Assembly: GCA_964016885.1 (NCBI GenBank)
Contig: OZ024757.1
Location: 38,006,001-38,070,000 of the forward strand
Reading direction: 5' to 3'
Origin: Eledone cirrhosa
Lineage: Eukaryota
DNA: 64,000 bases
The notes below the pieces were generated by a model. It was given only the letters and a program-made list of their open reading frames with translations. It made no database searches and was not told where the DNA came from. How positions within the stretch are numbered: position 1 is the first letter of the stretch; every line of letters begins with the position of its first letter. The position numbers and the translations under genes were made by a program. Of this stretch, positions 16,318 to 29,895 are shown piece after piece.

Positions 16318-16735
16318 CAGGACTTTCTATAGGTCTCTGTCAAATATAATTTTCTTCGTACATATCGAAGCTTTTTTTTAAATTCAAGATTCTATTTATC
16401 CTATTAGTAATGGCGCATCTCAATTATTAGTAGTGGCAACCTGGGTTGCAGTGAGTGATACAAATACATTGTCTGTTTAGTAAGCTTTAATACATCAGGT
16501 AAAATATGTCTATGACGTTATAATTAAAACTAAACAGAGTCTATAGAACTTTCTATAGATCCCTGTCAAATATAATTTTCTTCTTATAAGTCCAAGCTTT
16601 TTTAAATTCTAGATTCCATTGATCGTGTTATTAATGTCGGATCTAAATGACTAGCATTGACACACTGGGTTGCAGGGGGTGGTGATGAATATTGACAGAT
16701 AGGTGTCGGTTTAGTAAACTTTAATACATCACATA
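16318..16735. repeat. Diverged tandem duplication, period ~226 bp
   Basis: actttctatag..ctgtcaaatataattttcttc..ctgggttgcag..tttaatacatca occurs twice. Confidence 0.85.
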
Positions 16736-16850
16736 AAAAATATATATACATATATATTATTTGTTTGTTAAAATAATCAAATTAAACTAATTCAACAGTT
16801 AAACGCACATAGGAATAATAAGGTCGTTACCAAAGAGCTAGCAGATTGAC

Positions 16851-17298
16851 AAGTCGACCCTAAATGTGATTAATAGCTCTAGGAAAGCCATGAAAGAAAC
16901 CAGAACTGTTAAACTTAATTTTGAAAGTAGGTTTATAATTATTAATTTTCATTATACTTTTGTAGTTGTCTCGGCGGCCTAGTTGCCGGAATCATAGATG
17001 GTGGTGATCCTGGTCTGAAGTTCGATCCTGGTCGGGAGTAGAGTCCCCGGTAAACCTTTCAATTTTTTATGTGGTGTAAAATAAAAACTGTAAAAGCTTA
17101 CATGTACCTCTTGACCAGGATTGAACCCAAGACCAGGAGCTCCACCGTCTCTAGTGCCTACGACTAGGCCACTGAGACAACTACGAACATTTTAGGAAAA
17201 TTCCTACTTATAAACCTACTTTCAAAATGTTCAATACAAAATGATGTGGTGTCGTTCATGTCTTTCTTAATGTTATTGCTCCTACTTAAGGTCGACTT
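16851..17298. mobile_element. Fold-back element with two convergent tRNA-like units
   Basis: ~220-bp diverged arms. tRNA-like units at 16968-17040(+) and 17105-17178(-) have A box (ggcctagt), B box (gttcRatcc) and downstream T-runs. Confidence 0.75.
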
Positions 17299-17544
17299 CT
17301 AAATCATTTGGGTGTTCCATAAACTACATCCTCGTTTTGTTTCTCATCTATCTAGACAATATTTTAACCTATAATCCATGATTCATGTCTGTTGCACCTC
17401 TTTTCTCCCCCTCTCTCTCCCTCTGTGATATTTGAATCTACTATGAAATGGGCACTTACTTAATCTCTATATATATATGTCTGTGTGTGTTTTTGCATGT
17501 CAGATTCAAACTTAAGATGATAGGCATTTCATATATATATATAT

Positions 17545-17642
17545 ATATTTAATATACAAAAGGCTTCTACAGGACCAGAAGTGTTTCAATCGGGGGAATG
17601 GAACAGTTCTAGTCCTGTAGAAGCATTTTCTATATTAAATAT
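17545..17642. repeat. Hairpin with ~42-bp arms next to (TA)n
   Basis: atttaatata..gcttctacaggac.agaa versus ttct.gtcctgtagaagc..tatattaaat. Confidence 0.85.
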
Positions 17643-18837
17643 TTATACTCTGCTTTGTATTGAGTACCTTACTTACTGTAGTTACCACCCGATTGAACCC
17701 GGGATAATTTATTCACACACACACAAACGCGCTCGCGCACACGCACACACACACACATACACACACATTCACACAGACACACACATATATATATGTATAG
17801 ATTTTCCACTATCTTGTTTCTTGTGTGATTTCTGTACACCTGAATGTACCTTCCCACAACTTCACGTCCTGTAAACCAATTTCTAAGTAAGAAGATTTAT
17901 TGTATTAAAGGTAGTCAAATAAGTTTTACATTTATATCTACAAATATTTTACATTCCAACTATGTATTTCTTTCGCTTCTTGATGTGTTTTTTCCTCTTC
18001 TCTTTACATTTACATCAATATTTAAAACTCTACGAGAAGAATAAAAGAATTTAAACAAAACAGAACTATTTTGATGTCTTCCATTTTTGTTTTTTGTTTT
18101 TTTCATATTATAATGAAATCATAATAAAATATATATATATAATCGAAAACATTAAATTATCAATAAAACATTATCGATTGCTTTCCTCGTCTATGTCGTA
18201 TTATTTCTATTTGCCCACAACGTCGTAGTTTTTGTCTTCAATTCTTCTCTTCCACTGGAGAATATGAACTTATATAATAAGTATTTATCGATCGCGATAT
18301 GAATGTGTAGATAGAGAGATTTTTTTTAGAAGCTTTTTTTTCTCTCTATTTTTTTTTTTTATATATTTTTGTTTTATATTTGCATCAATACATTTGTTTT
18401 CGACTGGCTGAGATCGATCGATTGTGTGTATTGATTATAATATATACCGTGTACAATTACGTCGGCACGGCATAAACAAAATCTTTAGAATAGAAAAGGA
18501 CAGGCAACGCAAAAAAAGAAGAAGAAATAATAAAAAAATATAATCTAAATAAATGTAAACTAAAAAGTAAAATAAAATAAGGTGAATCTAGAAATTATGA
18601 CCTAATTCGATGCTGTTTTTCCTCATGAAATGCAGTCAATGGAATGAGAAAATTACAAATATAATTGTTATCGTGAAAGAATCATTATGGAATAAAAAAA
18701 AACAATGAAAATATATCCGAATATATTTTGAACCAGAACTAGTCACAAATCATAGAGGCGCCAATCACCAAAAACACGTTTTAAAAAAACCGAAGAATTA
18801 GTTTTAAAAAAACTCTTAGAAAAAAATAACATCTAAA

Positions 18838-19116
18838 AATTGTTCATCAGCCTTTTATTTAGTAGTACCATATTTGCTAGAAATAATAGCAATATCTCTC
18901 TCAAATCTTACACTAACTGATCTGTATTTAAAAATAAACCATGCGCAATAATATATATTTAACATTCACATAAAATATCTGGTAATTCTTGATCAAGCTT
19001 TTAATTAGTAGTACCATATTTGCTAGAAATAACAGCAATATCTCCCTCAAATCTTACGCCAACTATTTTTAATTTTGAATTAAAAAAACCATGAGCGATA
19101 ATGTATTTTAACATAC
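18838..19116. repeat. Tandem duplication of ~146 bp
   Basis: ttagtagtaccatatttgctagaaataa.agcaatatctc.ctcaaatcttac occurs twice. Confidence 0.85.
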
Positions 19117-19716
19117 AATTATTATGTGCAAAACTTTACAATATTATGACTGACTTGAGTGAAAAGAAAAAAATCATCACCATCTTCTTCTTCTTCTTCT
19201 TCTTCTTCTTCGCCGAAACCGACGGAGATTGAACCACCATCATATTCATCATCATAATCACCCTCCACCTCCTCCTCCTTACCCACTAATCTTCTCCTTC
19301 TCCTCCTCATTATCACCATCATCATCATCATCATCATCATCATCCTTTCATAGTTACCTATTATTTCGTAGCAAAAACACTTTAATTCTAGAATCGTGTT
19401 CAATTTATTTCAGAATTATTTCATAGTAATGACTTGAATAAAAATAACAAAATTCCAATCACAATTACGTGTTTCGATCTTAACTAATTTAATTTGATTT
19501 AATTCGATTTATTTTAATTAGATATCATACTGATTGAAATGGGTTAAAAGAGAAATACCTATTAGTGATATGAATTTTATTAACTATCTTGTCTTTAATA
19601 ATACGAAATAAACACGAAATAAATTAATAAATGTCTAAACATTATTATTTTTTCTGAAGTAAGATTTGAATATAAAATAATAACTTTAATTATGTAATAA
19701 ACAACATAAGACAATT

Positions 19717-19788
19717 ATTCCATTTACCAAAGGTTTCACAAAGACAGACGAGCTCAACAGAGACGTCTGAAATCGCTCATCAAAGAAT
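19717..19788 (-). ncRNA. Degenerate hammerhead ribozyme (C3U), paralog of 21155-21215
   Basis: UUGAUGA-GCGA..cagacg..cgucug..UUGU-GAA-ACC(UUU)GGU-A-AAUGGAAU. Confidence 0.6.
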
Positions 19789-19796
19789 TGTTAAAT

Positions 19797-20255
19797 AATT
19801 GTTTCTACTATTGGCATAAGGCCAGCAATTACCCAGTGCATTACTGGTACTTTATTTTATCGACACCGTAAGGATGAAAGGCAAAGTTAACCTCGACGGG
19901 ATTTGAACTCAGAAGCATTATTAAATAATAACAATAATATTGATACTATTAATGATATTAGCTGTAGTAACAATAGTAATGATAGCAATGGTGACAGTAA
20001 TATTGATAGTAGTAATGATATTGGCTGTGGTAATAACAGTAATGATAATAATGATATTAGTAACAATAATTAATGGTTTCTAATTAAGGCACAAGGCCAG
20101 CAATTTTAGAGCAAGGGGAAATCGATTAAATTGACACCTGGGTATAAGTAGTGCTTTATTTATTGCCCCAGTAATGATGAAAGGCAAGCCATACTTCGGT
20201 TGGATTTCAAATCTGAACGTAAAAGGGTCGTAACTATATGTTGCAAAGCATATTG
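19797..20255 (-). mobile_element. Two OK-like SINEs (19797-19913 and 20075-20255)
   Basis: Consensus SINE motifs; the first is flanked by att(g/a)ttaaataa direct repeats. Confidence 0.85.
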
Positions 20256-20324
20256 AGAGTAATATTAATAGTACTAACAATGATAATACTAACAATGCTA
20301 AAACTATAAACTTCATTCTTTTCT

Positions 20325-20572
20325 TCGCCCATTTATTCCTGAGGGATCGTGGGGACAGAGTCCTCAAAAATGCCTTCCTTCCAGCGGCTCCTGTCAGAAG
20401 CAACCATCTCCATCTGATCCAGCTGGATCCCCAAGTGAGACCAGCCAAGCTTATGAATGTTATCCAACCATCTTGCTCAGGGTCTACCCCTGGGTCTCTT
20501 GCCGGTTGGTTTTGCCCGTAAAATCTGTCCAGCGATTGTGTTCTAAGATATTCTAACCCCATGCCCATAACT
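20325..20572 (-). mobile_element. RTE-clade LINE ORF C-terminus (pseudogenised)
   Basis: Translates YGHGVRIS*NTIAGQILRAKPTGKRPRGRP*ARWLDNIHKLGW..DRSRWK. Confidence 0.85.
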
Positions 20573-21024
20573 ATCACTGAAATCAACACACGTGGTTACA
20601 TCTATTCTATAAATGTGTAGCTTTCTGTGAAATTATTAAATCATATCACAAAAATAAAGGGAATTTTGAAACACAACGTGAACTTTCAAGTTGACTTACA
20701 TAGTAAGAAGAAGGTCATCTTGAGCCATTCGTTGACTCAGTGTTCACAGTTCCACGATGTCAAAAGATCAGATTCTATACTTGTTTTCTTTCTCCATATC
20801 TCCCCAGTTGATTCCCCCTCCCATTTTTCTCCTACGAATTATTATACACCAGACCTTCATAGATTTTTATTCCTCCTTTCCGTTTACTCTTTAGTATTGT
20901 CCAGCAAATTAACCCTGGTATGTAAGAAGTTTAACTGATGTCTTAAACTAAAATTGTGTCGAGTGTTTTAAGTTTTAGCTAGAGTTTGTGTCAAAAAGAA
21001 AAAGAAAATATATATGAATCTATA

Positions 21025-21060
<36 letters not shown>

Positions 21061-21154
21061 CATGAAGTGTTTCCGTTGGAAAGCAAAGGAAAGGAGAGTG
21101 CTCTATGCAGACTACAGAGCTGTTTAGTTATGTAATAAACAACATGAGATAATT

Positions 21155-21215
21155 ATTTCATTTACCAAAGGTATCACGAAAACAGACGTATGAAATCGCT
21201 CGTCAGAATGAAAAT
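21155..21215 (-). ncRNA. Type I hammerhead ribozyme with an A14U core lesion
   Basis: UUUCAUU-CUGACGA-GCGA..UCGU-GAU-ACC(UUU)GGU-A|AAUGAAA; all three stems pair. Confidence 0.72.
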
Positions 21216-21593
21216 TTAGTGAAAACGGATATTTTCATTCTGACGAGCGATATATATATATATATCGCTCGTCAGAATGAAAATATCGGTTTTAACTAAA
21301 TTATCAGGCTTGAAGTCTGGCGTCGAGGTCACACTTTCTCCTATATATATATATAGGAGAAAGTGTGAGCCCGACGGCAGAGCTCAAGCCGTTTCCACGG
21401 CTATTTCTGGACTAAAGTAAGAGTTTTTCTAGTCAGACTAAAAAAACTCTTACTTTAGTCCAGAAATAGTCGTCGAAACGGCTTGAGCTCTGCCGTCGGG
21501 GTCACACTTTCTCCTATTCCCCACTCTACTACCCTAGGTATTGAGTACTCTGGTACGTTCTGGTCCATCTGGTTGCTTACCACAACTCCTCCG

Positions 21594-21595
<2 letters not shown>
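21195..21595. repeat. Four overlapping palindromes plus body of the TA-associated element
   Basis: Inverted repeats at ~21195-21251, 21213-21302, 21307-21390 and 21353-21516 (~80-bp arms); two are centred on (TA)n. Confidence 0.92.
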
Positions 21596-21646
<51 letters not shown>

Positions 21647-21927
21647 CCCAGCAAATTATCCATGGAATGGGAAGAGTTAAACTAATATCTCAAGCTAAGC
21701 TCTTTGTTTGAAGTGTAACAGATATAAAGAGACCAGTGTTCTCAGTTAGAATTTATCATAACATCCTAATGAATTGCAAGTTAAGTGAATATAAATTAGT
21801 GTAAGATAAATGTAGAAAACTATTCACCGACACACACATGTACATACACACACATATGTATATATATATATATATGTGCATAAATATATATGCATACACA
21901 CACACACACACTCATATATACATAAAC

Positions 21928-22123
<196 letters not shown>

Positions 22124-22124
22124 G

Positions 22125-22158
<34 letters not shown>

Positions 22159-22563
22159 TACACATACATTGCACACTGGGGAGACATCATTTAATGAAAA
22201 TAAACGCTACTGTACAGTTAAAAAGAGAAGATCTGGAAAAAAATAATAGAGATAAACTGAGTGAGAATGATTTGCCAAGGGAATGGGAAGAAATGAAACT
22301 ATAAGAGAAGAGAATCAAAGTGATTATTACAACACAGAAAAACCTGAGTATTACGAGACAGCATAATACAGGGAAGGAGGAGGAGAGGGATGAGGGGAGG
22401 AGAGAAGGAGGAGAAGTGGGAGAGGAAAAAGGAAAAAGAAAAAGAAAAAGAAAAAGAAAAAGGAAAAAAAAAAGACTGAGAAGAAGAAGCAGAAGAACGA
22501 GAACATGAAAAATGAGAAGAAAAGAAAAGGAAAAATGAGAAGAAAAACAACAACGACAACTAT

Positions 22564-22617
<54 letters not shown>

Positions 22618-22927
22618 AATACATGGAAGTAAACGATAACATTTTGATAAGAAATCTTTCCAAAATACTTTATCTCCCAAAGAGGCATTCGTGGTAAATT
22701 AGGCTTATTTCTCGAAATTGGGAATTGAACAAATCAAGCTACACTGATGTGTAGGAGAAAACAATAAAGAAAATAACTTATTTTAATAAGAACTGTTGGA
22801 ACTGAGGGGAGGGTATGGAAAGCAGCGAGTCTTATCCGAAGTCACACATGCATATTTATCGTATATACCTAAATACACACACAGACATAGATGCACACAC
22901 TCACTTAGGCACACACACACACATATT

Positions 22928-23133
22928 TACGAGGGTTGGCTGAAAATTTCATAGGATGACATAGATTTTCTCGTGGAATCACCAAAGGAGCTTTATTTTT
23001 CAACATAGGCCCTGACAAGTAACATTCCAGTTATTAATAAGAAGAACTGAATTTAATTTAATGCATGCAAGATTTCACAGTTCTAGTATCACTCCTTCGT
23101 AGACAAGCTAAGAACTTTTCAGCCGAGGCTTAT
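22928..23133. mobile_element. Mariner-derived MITE
   Basis: Imperfect TIRs TAcgagggttggctgaaaatttcatag and ctaagaacttttcagccgaggcttaTA. Confidence 0.7.
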
Positions 23134-23147
23134 ATGTATATATATAA

Positions 23148-23392
23148 AACAATCGATCGATAAGCTCCCAGACCTCATTTGCTTCAATAGTGGGGTGAAG
23201 CTCGTGAAATCGGACTGAGTAAACAAGGTCTCCATAGGTCTTTTCTATTGCTAATAATATCTACCGATCGACCGGTCGCAAATCCAGCTAGAAGAATCAA
23301 CGTGAAATAAAGTGTCTTGCTCAAGGACATAACACTTAGCACAGTACGAGAATCGAACTGACACCCTCAGGATTGCAAATGCAATTCTCTAA
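23148..23392 (-). mobile_element. tRNA/partial-CORE SINE with an unusual tail
   Basis: OR-like head; tail is homologous to 59020-59118. Confidence 0.75.
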
Positions 23393-23809
23393 TATAAAGA
23401 TGAGACGATAAAGAGCACAGCAATAGTTAAACCTTGAAAAGGAGCAGTTCAGCTCGGAAAAAACGTTATCGTTAATATACATATTTATATATCTCTATAT
23501 ATATATATGTATAAGAACAAAACCAAACAAAAAACACTAACAACACTAACACCGGATCGTATCGTTTCAGATAAATTTAATGAAAGTTGAAATTGGGAAA
23601 ATTCTTTGATGTGGTCCGTATATCATATTATGTACTAGATATACTATTTGATGTAGATGATATACCATTAGTCTGAATTGATAGATCAATAGATTTTATT
23701 ATAATGCTGGGCATTAGCAGTGTATTAACATTTATATTAAAGCTAAAGCTGCCTGAAATTTCAGTTTTAAGTATGTGTCTATATAAGTAAATAACTATAT
23801 AAGCTTAAC

Positions 23810-25089
<1,280 letters not shown>

Positions 25090-27243
25090 TACCCATGCAT
25101 ACATACGCACATATGTATATATGCATGTGTGCGTCTGTGCGTGTTACCAGATGATGTATGAAGGAGAGTAACGTTAGTAAAAGCTTTGCCAGTAACTGGG
25201 AAGTAATTATCAACATGATCATAAGATTTATTTTCTTGATGCTTTTGAAGTTGTTGTAGATTGGTTTATGTAGCGATGTGGTGTGACGTCGTAGCACTTA
25301 GATCGATTCTTTAAAAATGGCACTAAGATAACAAAGCAAAGCATTATTCATTAAAAAAAAATCGAGAGAAAAAGAGAGCAAAAAATGTATATATATGTAC
25401 CTAACATGGAAAGATAGTGTGAAACTAAAAACGATATTTAAGTGTTGGTGATTATATTATTTATATAGTAGTACTTTAACAAACAGAAAAGAAGAACTTC
25501 CCCTATATTCCTTTCCCCGACACATCACCGTTCCTCACCACCCTAGAAAAAAAAATTAAAATGAGAGGAAAGAAAATAGATGAATTTTATGAAGACTCAA
25601 TTTATATTTGAATATAATATTTAATGAATTTTCTATATGCAATTATATGCAATATGCGAAACGCATTTCAGTATGTCGGAATATATAAGAACTGAGTAAT
25701 TTGAATTGAATTTTTACACTAATTTTAAATATAAGGTTTATGAAACTGTTGAGAAGGGATAGGGTGTGTTGACTGATACTTTACATATATAATTTAGGAT
25801 AAAATTGCATTTCTATGCTTTCGCATATTAACCCATTTGATAGTAAGCCACCTAAAACCCTCCTTAGATCTACCATACAAACAACGTTGCTTTAATGTGT
25901 TTTTATTTATATATAAACATAATTCATAAGTATGCACACGTACACATACGTACATATATACATACACACGCACACACACACATATATATACATACACATA
26001 ATTTTATGTGATAAAATTTGTTAGCTTATGTTTCAAACATCAGATAAATAAAGAGATCAATTTATTGATGACAGTCATTAGAAATACAGTAAAAAAAGTG
26101 GATAAGAAAACAATCATATGGGGGGGGGGGGGGACAACCTGGGTAAAGCAACAAAGGCCGTGTCACGAAAAATATGCTCCATTGCATTTGAAAGAAAAAT
26201 GAAATTTACATTTCACATAAATTTTCTGTGTATTTTAATGACATAGGGACTTCGTCTATTATGTTGTTGGAGCTGGTGTTACAATTCTTACCATGTTTCA
26301 TTGTTGTTTTAATGATAATGGAGCTCTCCTGGTATATAGTTGTTGATGGTGGGCTGTTAGAGCTGTCACCGATGTACGTTTAATTGAGGCCCCATCAAGG
26401 CTACATCATATAAGTTTCCTGGCTGTTTTATAGATAGGGGCCTCAATCTTATGTTGTTGTGATTGTTGTTGTTCTTATAGTTCACATTTATGGATGTTTA
26501 GCTGACCACTCCATGCCACTGTTGATGTCCAATGGAAAGGCAAAAAACAAATTGGGGGCGATTCCCCCCCTATATCACTCTCTCAGTTTCTTCCCCATAG
26601 TTCTCTGTCTCTCTCCCTTTCTCTCTCTCTCTCTGACTCACACACACACACTCTCTCTCTCTCACACGCACACACTCTCACACACACGCACTCTCTCTGA
26701 CACACACACTCTCTCTCTCTCTCTCTCACACTCACTCTCTCACACACACACTCTCTCTCACACACACACTCTCCCTCACACACACTCTGTCTCACACACA
26801 CACTCTCCCTCTCACACACACTCTCTCTCACACACACACACATACACTCTCTCTCTCTCTCACACACATACTCTCTCTGACTCACACACACACATACTCT
26901 CTCTCACACACACACACTCTCTCTCTATCTCACACACTCTCTATATCTTTCTATGGAAGACATCTTGTATATCCTGACCTTTAGAAGAGATGGGCTCCGA
27001 CATGTTTTAAAAATGCCCTAGAATGGCAGAATGTTATTACAACATTCCTTCGACTCCCTCAGGAGTTACGGGACCCTGCATACATGTATTATGTATGCAT
27101 CTACCTATTATGTAATCATGTACCTGTATGTATGTATCTACCTATTTTACTGAGTCAGTGGTATTGTATTCCTGTCAGTTTAATTTTTATCTACGCCCAT
27201 CCCATTGTATTTTAAAGTCATTTTCAATAAGTGGATATAAGTA

Positions 27244-27705
27244 GGGCGTTGGATTGGCAGTAAACTCGGTAGAGTGCCGGCAACATTCTGTGTGACATAG
27301 ACTAACGGCTCTTTAAGATCCAAGTTCAAATTCTGCCGAGGTTAGCTTTGCCATTCATTCTTACGGGGTCGATAACATAGAGCACAAGTAATGTACTGGG
27401 GTCGATTTAATAGACTTTCCCCACCGCCCAAATTGGCCTTGTTCCTATAATAGAAAACATATTATTATTATTAGTAGTAATAGTAGAGGCAGTGGATTGA
27501 CAATATTACTAGAGAGTCGAACAACATGCTTTATAACATCTGTTTACGGCTTTTTTACAATCTGAGCCCAAATTTTGCAGAGGTTAGCTTTGCCTTTCAT
27601 TCTTACGGGGGTCGATAACAGAGAGTACTAGTAATGTACTGGGGTCGATTTAATTGACCTTACCCTTCACCAAAATTGTTGGTCCTGTGCCTAATTCAGG
27701 ACCCA
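27244..27705 (+). mobile_element. Two tandem full-length OK-like SINEs
   Basis: Each has a head (ggattgRcaRta), a B-box region, the central domain and the ggggtcgatttaat palindrome. Confidence 0.85.
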
Positions 27706-28571
27706 ATAAATGGATTTAAGTGATGCTGTTCGATTCCGATCAGGGATCCGTTGAGAATAATTTTTCGAACAAATTTCCCCACCCAACCTTTTTCCTTTTT
27801 TTTTGCTTGAAATATTATTGCATATAATTTATTTACTTTTATCTGAAAGCAGAATTTATCCGAGCTGATGCGTTAAATGGATTACATTAGGAATCTTCCT
27901 TCTCATGCATATTTTGAATTCGTTGTTCATCCCATTACCACCTTTGTCTTTGATGGCAGCTGTATTTATCGCTCTATGTTTATTAAATTCTACCAAGAAG
28001 ATTTTGTCTGGCTACCTTACATTACATTACATTACATATCAGAACACATGTGTGGTTACTGTTAGTAGTTTTATCTCAAAGTTAATATTAATACAAACGG
28101 TTAGAAGGCTTAAACATGCCGAGCTGTATTTGATCACTTTAATTTAGTTTATCTCTATATATTCAAATTGGGAGAAAGACAGTCTTTTATCTAGGCTTGT
28201 AAAAATAAAAGCAAACGAACGAAATTATTCCGGTTAAAAATTGTGTTTCCGTGAATATTCAATATATTCAAATGTTTAGTAAATTACACGAATCGATTAG
28301 TTATCAGCCTGGTACAACCAACGCGAAGACATACTTAAACAATAATAATATGTGTTCGAATCCATTGTTATTTTGTAGAAATTATACTAGATAGCATTGG
28401 AGCCATTCCTGGTTTTCATATCAACAATGCTGGGGAGTTAGTGACAGTGTTGGTATGTCTCGCTCTATACAAAAGTGGACTTGTCTCGAGAAAGGGGTGT
28501 TGGTATTTAAAGTTGGCGTATACTGCATAGCGTTTTTGTAAGACTTACTATTTGTTTTGAATTATTTACAA

Positions 28572-28755
28572 GGCGATTGGCAATATTAGTAGAGCGTCAG
28601 ACACCATGCTTTGCAGCATAGAGTTATGGCCCTTTAAGTTATGAGTTCAAACCCCGTCGAGGTTAACTTTGCCATTCATCCTTACGGGTCGCTAAAATAA
28701 AGTACCAGTAATGCACTGGGTAATTTCTGGGTCTGGTGCCAACAGTTGAAACAAT
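28572..28755 (+). mobile_element. OK-like SINE, short-tail subfamily
   Basis: Matches the window consensus. Confidence 0.88.
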
Positions 28756-28989
28756 TATTTATTTAAGAAATAAGTTTTTCTTCTTTTAAAGATTACAACA
28801 CGTGTCGAATTTAGCGACCTAATACGAATTTCTTGTAGCAATACACGAGAGCTGGGGTAAGACTTAAATTTATGTATTGAATATTCACAATGATATGTCG
28901 GCTAGTAAATGTCCTTTCGTTCGCTGGTTAGTATCGAAATTAGAACCCTCATACTTCCTCAAGGCTTAATCTCGCATATAATTTATGCA

Positions 28990-29421
28990 TTGAGTGTGCC
29001 ACGCCCCCGAAATGTCGTGACGTTTTTCACAGATGTGAGGATGGTATGAGGTGTTGATATCTGCAATATCTGTTGACGCCCACAACATTAGTGGATGATG
29101 TTTACACTGTTTATCGTAATCTGGATATGTTGATAGTATTGCGTTAGTCGTACAGCTGTCGTGTTTACAACACTTAGTCGAGTAAGTTTCGCAACGTTCG
29201 GCGTTAATTCGATAATTGTCTATCTTAAGCATTGCATTGGATTTATATCTAATTTGTGGGATTACCTTAAATACTGACACTCAAATTTACGTTTTGTTCA
29301 TTGTATTAAGAAGAAAATTCCAGAAAAAGGTGAGTTTCTCATGCGAAGAAATCCGTTCTTAAATCACATATCACTAGGTTATAGACAATAGAAGTAAACC
29401 CTTAATGTTAATTTTATTCAG
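28990..29421 (+). promoter_or_regulatory. Candidate Pol II promoter, non-coding first exon and 92-nt intron
   Basis: Locally CpG-rich. Sp/KLF box gccacgcccc at 28998, TGACGT at 29018, donor AAG|GTGAGT at 29329/30, acceptor ttttattcag at 29421. Confidence 0.35.
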
Positions 29422-29479
29422 ATCCCTAAATACTTTCAGATGAATGTGATCTGTTCTTAATAAAATTAACAATAACCTG

Positions 29480-29742
29480 GGGGTCTATTTTACCGTGACA
29501 GGCAAACCAGCCTTTTAAATTAAAGCGAATTGCCAGAATCGTTAACGAATTTTGCAGATGATTCGATCAACGGAAAGGCAAGTTCCTCAAGTTAATATGC
29601 AGGTGGCTGAGCATTCCACAGACACGTGTACTCTTAATGCAGTTCTCAGGGAGATGCAGTGTGTCACAATGCTGGTGGTTGTTTATATTACAGGTAGAAC
29701 TGAACTTTAGCTAGCTAAGCTGCCTGGAGCAACGTGAAATAA
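29480..29742. repeat. Segment duplicated at 31506-31773, including an OR1-like SINE tail (-)
   Basis: gggtctatttt..ggcaaacca..ttaaagcgaattgccagaatcgttaacgaat..ctggagcaacgtgaaataa occurs twice. Confidence 0.9.
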
Positions 29743-29895
29743 TTAAAGGTAACGGGTCAATTCATGCTGACATGTCTTGCGTGTGTGTGTGTGTATATAT
29801 ATATATACACGCAAGACATGTACACATGAATGGACCTGTTATTTTTATCTAAAGACATTTTTTTCCAATTCCAACCCGCCCATCCTCTCATTCTT

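Noticed and set aside
16968-17178. Functional tRNA genes
   Set aside because: Acceptor and anticodon stems do not pair properly; tRNA-like only.
17845-17880. Minus-strand micro-exon (tttacag|gacgtgaagttgtgggaag|gtacat)
   Set aside because: Weak donor and no supporting partner exons.
18384-18436. pre-miRNA-like hairpin (also 26383-26447)
   Set aside because: Only 10-14 bp pair well, and neither resembles a miRNA I recognise.
18790-18850. CUGAUGA on the minus strand; other partial HHR strings at ~494, 2322, 4580, 6440 and 23443
   Set aside because: GAAA or stems are missing, or there are too many core changes to support a ribozyme call.
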